A stretch of 64,000 nt of DNA, taken from Squalus acanthias. Lineage: Eukaryota. The position numbers and the translations under genes are program-made. Below the pieces are notes generated by a model. That model was not told the DNA's origin. It made no database searches and saw only the letters and a program-made list of their open reading frames with translations. Location: positions 127,908,001-127,972,000 of the forward strand of contig CM059431.1 of NCBI GenBank assembly GCA_030390025.1. Direction: 5' to 3'. Positions 27,263 to 36,442 of this stretch are shown piece after piece (the first letter of the stretch is position 1; the number at the start of each line of letters is the position of its first letter).

Positions 27263-27331
27263 CGGACTTTATTTAGCATCATAGTCATAATTCAGAAATC
27301 TGTCTTGTTTTAAATCATAAAAGAGTCTATA

Positions 27332-28513
27332 GGGCTGATTTTGCCAGGGTTGCAGTTCTTGATTATCTGAAAGGAGAAAGGCACAAGGGTAAGGTTGTGG
27401 TGAGAAGAGCGGGGGAAAGCAAGAGGTGCATGCTTACACCATCTGCAACTTGTAAATCAGAAGAGATTGTGGGATGAGGGGGAAGTGGGATGCGAGAAGA
27501 AGGATTAGATTTGAGAATACTGACATTTTCAATTGATTCAGCCCCACCACTGGCCACGGGCTCAGCAAAGTCCCTCCCAAGAATGGCCAGCACTGTCTCC
27601 TACATCGGGGTAAGGTTATGCAGACGCACCTGTGCTCCTTCATTAGCCGGTGCTGCCTCTGGTTATGTGCCACCTTATCCTGCAAGAAAGAGGGAAGTCT
27701 GTCAGTGAGTGTCATACAATCTGTTTGGGTGATATGCCTGTCTTGGTTGAATAGCTGGTAGTGTGTGCAAGCTGTGAGATGTGGGTGTGAGGCTTGTAGC
27801 AGTGGTAAGTTCGTGAGGGTGAGGCAAAACTATGAATGTGAGGTATGGGTCATGATTGATAGAGCTTGTTGGTAGGTGAGTGAAGGGAGTGTGGTGAATT
27901 GAGCAGTGTGTGAGCCTAGTCGTTCACTTGTAAGGATGAATTCACTGACCTTGATCACGCGAGTGAGGTCATTAAACTTCTTGCGGGAGTTCATACAGGC
28001 CCTCGGAACTACACTGCTGGCATTGACCATGACAGCTATCTGCTCCCATTGCATTTTCCAAATTTGCCTGGAGGGCCTCTTGGCTCCCTACGGATACAGG
28101 ACCTCTCTCCTCCTGTCCATCTCCTGCACCAAGGCCTCCAGTGCTGCATCCGAGATCCTTGAGGGACGCTCTCTCCCCTGTTGTGCCATCGGTACCTCCT
28201 CCTCCCCACACACTGTTCCCTAGCCAGTTGAATCACCTGCTGCAGCCAAAATGCACCTCCCCTTTAAGAGATGCAGACTGCCTTTAAGAAGTACAGGCTA
28301 TATTTAATTGGTGCGAGCCTTGCATGAACTTGGGCCACCTAATGAGCATGCAGCAATTCAGCAGTGCATTCAGCGCTGGGCTGCATGCTATAATCATTCT
28401 AATTAGCAGGCAGCAGAAGTTGGCACGCTACCTGCATCAATTTGAACGGGCGTGGGTTGATCCCGTATTGTGATTCCCAAGCCCGTTTTCAGGGGAAATC
28501 CAATTTTTAGCCC
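27332..28513 (-). mobile_element. Deleted Harbinger derivative with Myb-like remnant
   Basis: WEQIA..VPR..SRKKFNDLTRVIK|VS and QDKVAHN exon remnants; termini GGGCTGATTTTG / CAATTTTTAGCCC. Confidence 0.65.
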
Positions 28514-28539
28514 TCTGCCTTCAATAAGCCCTGATCTTT

Positions 28540-28690
28540 TTTTTAAATTCGTTTATGGGATCAGGGCGTCGCTGGCAATGCCAGCATTTATTGCCCATCC
28601 CTAATTGCCCTTGAGAAGGTGGTGGTGAGCCGCCTTCTTGAACCTCTGCAGTCCGTGTGGTGATTGTACTCCCACAGTGCTGTTAGGTAG
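28540..28690 (-). mobile_element. LINE 3' end that hosts the LTR element (continues at 38162-~38200)
   Basis: Joined flanks give GTGCTGTTAGGTAGGGAGTTCCAGG, matching uninterrupted copies at ~14365 and ~63175. Confidence 0.85.
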
Positions 28691-30397
28691 TGTAAGGGAT
28701 TTCCCCTGACCCTGCGTGTCTCGTAGCCTGTGAGATTCACGCGGCTCTGTGCAGCCTGTATGTCAGTGCGGGTCTAGGCCTGGTTGCCTGTTCTGGTCTC
28801 CAGCCAGTCTGGGAACACTAGACACACCTGTGAGTGGTTCGAATCACTCTCCCTTACGGTTCTAGACACTGGACTTAGATGCGAGAGCAGTAATGGAGAT
28901 AAAACTCATGTAGACTTGGTTTGAATGGTACGAAATGGAAAATCTTTATTGCATGATACTTAAAATTATGAAATACATGTCATAAGCACAGATTAATGAC
29001 AGTACAATCTTACAAACGGTTATATAGTCGATCTTAGGGAAACGAGGAACGAACGGCACAACGTAAATAGGGGCACACATTACAAATATCCTTAATCTTT
29101 AAACCCTCCCCTATCAATATCTATCCTAAACTAGCTTCGTAGGATCTCGAGACTCATGCTCACCACTCGTGATAACTCGGAGAAATTCCGAATAGCTGAT
29201 CGGATGTTTTTCACCGCAGCACCCACGTGTCGGTCAGGAGATCTCCTGGTCCCACTTGTTTACTTGCTTCTGCTGCTCCGGCTAGTAGGCTGGACCGTCT
29301 GCTGTGATGAAGACCTCTGTTGGTGGGTTTCACAGTTTAGTCTTGGAGCACCGTTGTCAATATCATTGATACGATGTGTTTTCCACGTTCCAACCTCCTT
29401 AGAAGTTTAAAGAGGAAAACTTCCTGGCGAGAAAACTTGGCTGATCGACCTACAGGCGCGGTCGGGATTTACTGACCGTGGCGATGGATATGGTCTTCTT
29501 CTCTTCTCCTCTCATCTCATCTCATCTCATCTCATCTCGGGCCTTTGGTTCCGCTGCCAGTTACCAACATAGGTCTTCGTTACGCGACACGAGGTAGATC
29601 CGTACGGATCAGAAAGTTCAACAGTCTTTTCAGAAGAGGCAACAGGCACGCAGAAACCCAACTACGAGTACACAGGAGCAGCCACGAGGTTACGAATCGA
29701 CCGGATAAAACACAGGAGCAAGCGAGCGAACGCAGGAGCACGAACAAGAGCACGAGGCCAGAGGCAAGAGACAAGAGAGCGAGTGGACGGTTTGGGGCCT
29801 GCAATTATAGTGCAAAAATCTTCCGTTTCCCGCCCAACTATAATGTCCATTCTTTTGTTTAGGGTTTGGCGCCCAAATGTCTTGTATGGGTGATCTCCGT
29901 CCTTAATGGGTTTCGGGGCTACTCATGAATGTTTGAGTACCTGTTAATATTTCTCCCATTGTTAAATCGGTCGGTGTTCTCCCTGGAGGGGTTTGGGGCT
30001 TCCAAGTGTCCTGTATACGGCTCTCTCATCGTAGAGTCGTTGGGAGTTTACATATTAATGTCCTTTGGATGGGCCCTTGATTACTCGGTACAATGGCTTT
30101 CCTTTGTACCTGGGAGACCGATTCCAGTATCTATGTTTATACTGCAAACCCATAATGTCTCGTGTATTATCTTCACTGTGCTGAATCGTTATCGATCTTG
30201 CACAAATGTTTAATGGAACGCCATCTTGTCTGCCTGTTGAAAAGTCTAGAATGTTCTGTCACGAGGTGCGGCGGCCATTTTACAGGCTGCTTGTGTCCAA
30301 TTTAAACCTGCCAGCATTCTGCTGAAATAAAAGCTGTTTGAACGAACCTTTGTGTTTTCTCCTTATTAATCAAATCGCGATAATTGCGAATTCTACA
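28691..30397 (-). repeat. 3' LTR
   Basis: Direct repeat of 36443-38161 (offset 7752 up to the indel); AATAAA on minus strand at 28945-28950; lacks a 12-bp segment present in the 5' LTR. Confidence 0.97.
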
Positions 30398-30410
30398 GTC
30401 CCTCCTGTTG
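30398..30410 (-). promoter_or_regulatory. Polypurine tract
   Basis: Minus strand reads AACAGGAGGGAC immediately before TGTAG of the 3' LTR. Confidence 0.7.
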
Positions 30411-30823
30411 ATGCGAATAACTCCGCTTATCGTATCAAAAATCACAGTGGTGAGCAATCTTATCTCGATTTCACTCCGAATCCAGTAAATTAATCCCATA
30501 AATTTTAACTTAACTAGGGTCTCTGTGTCGTCCTTATTTCCCAAGAAAATCACATTTTATATCACCGTAGGCATCATTTGCCCTTAAACTTACACCACTT
30601 GTTTTCCTTCCCGGCGTAACCAGGCCGATACCTCACGCATCACCTGTATATTTGTCTTTTATTCAGGGAAAGGAAAAAAAAACAAAACCCAAAACCAAAC
30701 AATCAACACCATCACCAAAATAAACAAATCCCAACTCTTAAACATGTCGAGTTTCCAACGTATTTACAATGAGTACAAACTTCCGCGGCGCACGCGGCGA
30801 GCGGGAGTGACGCCATTTTCCGA

Positions 30824-33175
30824 TTACACGGTGCTCTCATCGTGCACGCGCACGTAACGTTCTCGCCACTCTCCCGTGTTTTCATGCTTGGTGAGGCGCT
30901 TGTCTCTTTTACAATGTATGACCAATAGGTACACTACAATAAACACTTGACAGACGACTAAAATGTGGGAGGCTATTCTGATCCATGAAGGCACTTCAAT
31001 ATTGGTGAACAGATTCCACCACGGTGGAACCACTATGTCCAAAATGTCTGTTCCTATCTCGACAGTTTTCTGCTCTAATGTATAAAAATGTTTCTGTGAT
31101 ACCGCGACGGCTTTCAGAAGTTTGGTTAAATGCTCAGGGAGAGGGGGAATGAGGTATCCAAAATGCGCGACAAATCGCTGCAAGTCGGTGAAATTCTCTT
31201 TTACTGTGAGGTGAACAGTGGATGGTTCAGGGATTGGGATGATTCGCTGTTGTGCTACTTGAACTTCAGCCCTGGGTTTAAAACAGAAACTGCTGTCACT
31301 CACCGGACACCGGCTACGGTTTCCATGCTGGTAGTGTTGCGCTGCAGTGGTAACACAATATGTTCCACCCCCGATGTATGCTACCTGCGGAGGCACATGA
31401 TCTTGTGCCATTGCCTCCATGGTGCAATTCATGGACTTGGCGCCAGCCGTTCTGAACCCGCACTGTGGTGTTAAAAAGGCATTCAAGTGCTGGGGGCACA
31501 GTATTATGTGTGCTCCCCTGCCACGACAACCAGAGAGATCTGTACCTGTCATCGTTTGCTCCCAGCGGATGACGTAAGGTGGAACCGCTGCATAACGAAT
31601 GTGGGCTCCCCCCTGAATGACACCAATGTTCTCTACCCGATACACCGGGGCGGGCTTTGCTGTGTTGCCCAAAACCGGCATGCGTAATACTATTCCCATA
31701 ATAGTATGGTTTGAACGTCCGCAGTCCACGGGGACTGGGTAAGCTTCTGAAGCTAGCCTGAGCTGGCACGGACTTAATGCGTTCTGAAAAGGGTGGAGCG
31801 CCCGTAGGTGTTTGTTACTTATCCAGGACGGAACCAAACCTTGTTTTAAATCCTCCAAATTACTGCGGCCCTCGCCCAGTAACCACGCCCCGTAAAGCAC
31901 GCACACCTCGTTCTGCGCAGCTTGATCGGATGCATTCCGATCTTCCCTGATCAGGGCATTTACCGTACGCGCATGTTTCTCCAGCTCTGCTATAATTTCC
32001 TTTAAATGGAGAGTCATGGCTTGGTCCTCGTGTAGACCTGACCCTACCACTTTATTCTCATCTGTTAGAATGTCTTTTAACTGTGTTTTTAAACCATTAA
32101 TCTGGGTCTGCAGCTCCACACTGTCTAGAGCGTTGACCACAGATGTCCCTGTGTTAAACGCAGTGAACGCATCGTTCACCAAACCCCTTCTTTGCCTCCC
32201 TACTTGATCCAAAACTTCCTGCGGTGCGGTGTACAAGCTTGTCTTATCAATTTCTGCAAAATCAAACTCGTAAAATTGTCTGAACATCTTGGTCAACAGG
32301 ACCTGATACAACTGTTCCGTCTTTTTGGGGCACCACTCTGGTAACCGTACCTCAGTGAGATTTAAAATCACCGAGGCCACCGCGTAATGTACCCCCTGAA
32401 ATAGTATCTGGTCTGTGGGGACCAGTACCAAACCGTTTCCGGGTCCCTTACTAGTTTTAGGGCACCCTTCTTCCTCAGCTAGAACCACCGGAATCGTGGG
32501 CGGGGCTTTGCGTGGGCGCGTAATGAGTTCAGTGGCATTTACTGGGATCGGGGAGAATGGGGCTCCGCACCCCCTGGTGCTCGCATCCCACCTCATCCCC
32601 TGTCCGTTATCCTGCCACTGATTAATAAAAAATATGGAGATGCCTTTGGGGCAAACGTACTTTGACCCCCACATACATACATAAATCCCCTCATCCGGTT
32701 CCCACCATTTGTCCCAACAGACTTTCACTTGTCCGTCTGTCCCCGTAATTGTCCGATGGGTATTATTACCCAGTCGTTCCCACTCGACCGAAGAGTTTCT
32801 CATAGTTTTGCTCAGCTTTCGCAGCTACCACCATCGGCTCAATGGGACATCCCCACTACAGGTCAAACAAATCCGTTTGCCGACGGTGACGCTGATCCTG
32901 GGTGCGATGATCCTTACTTTGGGGCACATTAAAGAAGTCTCTTTGTAGGCGAACCCCGATGTGCTGGAATACTCCGTTGAGTTCGTTCCCAGCCATCCTG
33001 GCCACCTTCCCTTGTGGAAATAGGTGCTGGTCCCCTCTGCCTTCCGTCTTCCGGTCCCATCCACCGCGATGGGGGCCGTGTCCCCGGAACATCCAAACAC
33101 CACGACATCCTTGGTGTGGCCTCGATAGGCCAATCCACATCCGATTGCCACGAGCAATACTAGAATTCGTTCCAT
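30824..33175 (-). CDS. env: Envelope glycoprotein, 783 codons with one in-frame TAG (32827-32825): signal peptide, Ig-like domain, class I F-like fusogen, TM
   Basis: MERILVLLVAIGCGLA signal peptide in AGGATGG context; ORFs 32825-33358 and 30824-32803 are the same frame; furin site RQRR (32197-32186) then GLVNDAFTAFNTGTSVVNAL, heptad repeat, Cys-rich region and TM IASHILVVCQVFIVVYLLVI. Confidence 0.88.
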
Positions 33176-33187
33176 CCTTCCTTGGTT

Positions 33188-33212
33188 CCTGTGATCAGAT
33201 AGAATGAGGTAG
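33188..33212 (-). promoter_or_regulatory. Candidate env splice acceptor
   Basis: CTACCTCATTCTATCTGATCACAG|G; exon would start 13 nt before the env ATG. Confidence 0.55.
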
Positions 33213-33438
33213 CCAGCCTCGCAAAAGTCTCTGGCTTTTGTGAAGGGTGAGCGGGTCCCCTGACCTCGCCTCACGTAAACTTCAACGTTTGCTGAATAGA
33301 CTTCCTCTAAACCTAGCCTTAAAACTCCCATCATTTTATCGTTTTCTGTTAAAAACACTACAAACTTAACCTTGAACTATAAACTTAAAACTTAAAACTA
33401 ATAACTTTACAGTGCCGCCCGTTCTCAGGGCGGCCCCT

Positions 33439-34626
33439 TTAAATTCTGAGAAGGCTGCTGCGAGCTCTTCCCGACGGTGGGAGGGCACTGACCCTTCCCT
33501 CTGATCTGCCGCAGCCTGTTGCTGCGCTGACCCTTTCCTCTGATCTGCCGCAGCCTGTTGCTGCGCTGACCCTTTCCTCTGATCTGCCGCAGCCTGTTAC
33601 TGCTGCGATGTGGCCGGTCTGTACCCGGGTTATCTTAACCTGAAGTCTACGCCTTGGGGCAGTCTGGGGACATGACCACATCCTCCTGGGCTGGGGTTCT
33701 CTACTTGACCTACGGGGAGTTGCTATGGGCGGGGGTTCCGTGACGGACGGACCGGGTTCCGAGACCTCCAACGGGATGACCTGGGGTTCCATCACAGTCG
33801 CCGGCTCCGCCTCCGCTGACTCCGCCTCCCTAACCTCGGGGCTGGCAGTTCGTGGCTCCGCCCTGCTCGGCCCAGCAGGCGGCCCTTCACTCGTGATCTC
33901 TGCCTCCCCTGAGGACTGGACGTTCAAAGCGGGCGGCCACATCTCTGGGAGCCACACCGGTACTCTCTGTGCTCCTATAGCGGCTGGCCCTGCCTCCTCT
34001 AGCTCCTCCCTCCTGTCCTCGGGACCTGCAGCTTGCGTGTCCACCCTGTGTGGATCTCTACCTACAGCCCCCATTCCCTCCAGACCGTTCCTCAGGAACC
34101 ACCCGTCATCATCACTATGCTCATCTGCACTATCCTCATCTGACCAGGGTACCCTGAGTTCTTCCTCATCTAACCCCCAATTCCAGAAAAACGCTGCATG
34201 ATCGTCCGGGATGTCCCTTCCCCTGATACAAGCTGCTATGCCTGCCTGTGTGCCTTGTGGTCCTACCTGGGGCTGTGCTTTCCCATTGGCGGGATTTACC
34301 CCTGTAGTTTTCCCCTGCGCACCCGGCTGGTACAGTCTGCATTGGTTTACATCCTCATACTCCCGGCTTTTGGCTGCCCTGTAGGCTGCTTTTATCTCTC
34401 TAAGCTGCGCTTCTAGCCTGAGCACGTCTAACTTTCCCATTGCTCGGGCGTTCTCCTCCCGCAGGGCCTGCTCTCTAAGCTGCCCTTCCAGCCCATCTAT
34501 TTTCCCTATTAAGCGGGCGTTCTCCTCCCGCAAGGCCTGCTCTCTTAACCTGGCCTCCTCTCCGCAGACCCCCTCCTGTGCGTGTCTTTTAAAAGGACAC
34601 AGGTAGGCAGGCTGCGTGGGCTCTAG
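33439..34626 (-). CDS. Gag-readthrough extension (395 aa), unknown coiled-coil plus acidic/Pro-rich protein in the position normally held by pol
   Basis: Open in the gag frame from the codon after the gag TGA (CTA GAG CCC ACG..; LEPTQPAYLCPFKRHAQEGVCGEEARLREQALREENAR..) to TAA at 33441-33439; no ATG before the Met in RAMGK. Confidence 0.75.
   Translation of the reverse strand, partial: LEPTQPAYLCPFKRHAQEGVCGEEARLREQALREENARLIGKIDGLEGQLREQALREENARAMGKLDVLRLEAQLREIKAAYRAAKSREYEDVNQCRLYQPGAQGKTTGVNPANGKAQPQVGPQGTQAGIAACIRGRDIPDDHAAFFWNWGLDEEELRVPWSDEDSADEHSDDDGWFLRNGLEGMGAVGRDPHRVDTQAAGPEDRREELEEAGPAAIGAQRVPVWLPEMWPPALNVQSSGEAEITSEGPPAGPSRAEPRTASPEVREAESAEAEPATVMEPQVIPLEVSEPGPSVTEPPPIATPRRSSREPQPRRMWSCPQTAPRRRLQVKITRVQTGHIAAVTGCGRSEERVSAATGCGRSEERVSAATGCGRSEGRVSALPPSGRARSSLLRI
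33488..33604. repeat. 39-bp coding tandem repeat (3 copies; AATGCGRSEERVS)
   Basis: CTGACCCTTTCCTCTGATCTGCCGCAGCCTGTTGCTGCG x3, frame-preserving. Confidence 0.9.
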
Positions 34627-36438
34627 TCATTGGGTACTATTAGACGGTCCTGCGGCACCTACGGGGCCGGTTGCGACCGCCACCTGTCCACGCGCATTCA
34701 AGACCAGCTTGCGCATGGCTCCTAACACTGCTTCGAGGTCGTCGGGAGGGGTGGGTGCCTTGGCTTCCTTAGCCGGGACCGGCGCCTGGGCTCGCACCGC
34801 GGGATTTTTATCCTTGGAATCCTTCCAAGGGTTCCTGCAATGCTTGCGCCAGTGCCCTGTCTTCCCACACCCGTAACAAGCATTACTTGCCTGTGGGGCG
34901 CGATTTCCCTCCTGATGCCACTCCTTTTGAGCCGGGGCTGCGGGTCGTACCTCATGTACTCTTCCCTTAAAGGGACGTGTCGTCATACCCCTTATATTAC
35001 GATAACCTAACGTGAGTCGATTCAAGACCGACTCTTCCGTAAGGTTGAGGTCATTGGGATCGAACCAGGCTTTTGCCTGCTCTCTAACGGCTGGTAAACT
35101 GTTGGCTATTATGCACCTAAGCCAATGAATTAAAGCGGCGCCTTCCACATCTTCGCGCTCGGGCGCACCTAGACAGCTGCGCTCATATACTGGCCACAGC
35201 CTGTCGGCAAAAACCTTCGGGGGTTCTCCCTCCATCTGCACTGTCTGTCCCACTCTAGCAAACGGACCTCCGTCGTTCGCCCCCACTACTTCTAGGACCT
35301 CATTCTTTAATTCCTCATAACTCTTGTTTCCCCTCTTGCTCTCGCCTGAGAGACACTGAAGGACCGAGCTGTCTAATGAGAACAGCAGCATTTTTGCTGT
35401 CTCCCCATCATCGCAGCCGTTAATGGCTGCGGCTTGCTCAACTTCTCTGAAATGTACGGAAGGGTCGTCTATCTCGGTCAGCTTCCGTACGTGATTTATC
35501 ATAGCTCTCAGCTGATGTGAACTGTGAGGCAACACCAGCTGTCCGAGGAGATCCCCCGGTTCTTCCCCACCGTTTCTGCTTGGGCCCCTTTTAATACCCG
35601 TTACTGGATACAACGATCCCTTTTCTTCTTCCTTTTCAATGGGCTTTTTCGTTTCTTCCATTGCTTCCTCCCTAACCCAGGTTTCTGAATAGCTGGGTGG
35701 CGCGGAGGGCGCAGTGGCTACTACTTCTTCTGCTTTACTTGGTGGGGATTTTCTAAATCTCTCATTTACTAGCGGCTGGTGCGCCGACGGATTGATAAGG
35801 CACACCATGCCGTTCGCATTATTCACGGCCTTTTTGAGGCTCTCTATCTCCCTTTGGCAGGCGCTATGGTCGGCTCCCTGAAACTTATCCTCAAGGGCCA
35901 ACTTATACGCCGACCTAACCCCCATTAAGCTCTCTTCTTGAGTTCTTATCTGGGCAGCTTGGCGGTTGCATCTTTCCTTTAACCTACTCTCATTCAATTT
36001 TGCTTCAGTGACCTGGCACTCGAGATACTCTATCCTTGTTTTAAGGTGACTGGAGACTTCCTGGCTTTCCTGGTGTAACTCATTTAAATTCTTAATGAGC
36101 ACCTCCCCTCCAGAAACCTTCTCCTCCATTTCTCCCTCTAAATGGCTGATTCGAGCTGTTAGCGCTGTAATGGTCTGGTTTGAAATCTGAACCTGCCTTT
36201 TGTAGCACATAAGCCAGACTGCTTTCTCAACTGCCTTTTTATGTTCCTTACTATCTGTCCACCTTTCAGCTGCCTCTAGTGGGCTCTTATCCGCTAACAA
36301 TTCACTTATCCACTTCTTAGTTAGATTAACCTTTCCAAACACATAATCCGCTATCTTTTCCTGCATAACATTTCGTACAGTCATTCCAAAATCTAACACA
36401 CTACCCTCTCGCTGCCAGTGTCCTGCCGCGGTCGCCAT
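34627..36438 (-). CDS. gag: Gag polyprotein, 603 aa
   Basis: Starts AAAATGG (MATAAGHW); long N-terminal coiled coil, PSAPPSY late motifs (35709-35689), MHR-like QMEGEPPKVFADRL, zinc knuckle CYGCGKTGHWRKHC (34878-34837). Confidence 0.92.
   Translation of the reverse strand: MATAAGHWQREGSVLDFGMTVRNVMQEKIADYVFGKVNLTKKWISELLADKSPLEAAERWTDSKEHKKAVEKAVWLMCYKRQVQISNQTITALTARISHLEGEMEEKVSGGEVLIKNLNELHQESQEVSSHLKTRIEYLECQVTEAKLNESRLKERCNRQAAQIRTQEESLMGVRSAYKLALEDKFQGADHSACQREIESLKKAVNNANGMVCLINPSAHQPLVNERFRKSPPSKAEEVVATAPSAPPSYSETWVREEAMEETKKPIEKEEEKGSLYPVTGIKRGPSRNGGEEPGDLLGQLVLPHSSHQLRAMINHVRKLTEIDDPSVHFREVEQAAAINGCDDGETAKMLLFSLDSSVLQCLSGESKRGNKSYEELKNEVLEVVGANDGGPFARVGQTVQMEGEPPKVFADRLWPVYERSCLGAPEREDVEGAALIHWLRCIIANSLPAVREQAKAWFDPNDLNLTEESVLNRLTLGYRNIRGMTTRPFKGRVHEVRPAAPAQKEWHQEGNRAPQASNACYGCGKTGHWRKHCRNPWKDSKDKNPAVRAQAPVPAKEAKAPTPPDDLEAVLGAMRKLVLNARGQVAVATGPVGAAGPSNSTQ
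36420..36437 (-). promoter_or_regulatory. Primer-binding site, tRNA-Arg(UCG)-type
   Basis: TGGCGACCGCGGCAGGAC lies 5 nt after the 5' LTR and is complementary to GTCCTGCCGCGGTCG-CCA, which I recall as the 3' end of a vertebrate tRNA-Arg(TCG). Confidence 0.85.
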
Positions 36439-36442
36439 TTTC

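Noticed and set aside
29156..30213. Short ORFs inside the LTRs (also 36908-37614)
   Set aside because: No recognisable motifs, several with non-ATG starts; duplicated only because the LTRs are duplicated
32825..33358. 177-aa ORF as a separate accessory gene
   Set aside because: Same frame as env, supplies the signal peptide and half of the Ig-like domain; separated by a single TAG; the listed start is a non-ATG codon
33439..34626. Degenerate pol
   Set aside because: No DTG/DSG, YxDD, RNase H or HHCC/DDE motifs visible in the provided translations; a profile search is still needed to exclude tiny remnants
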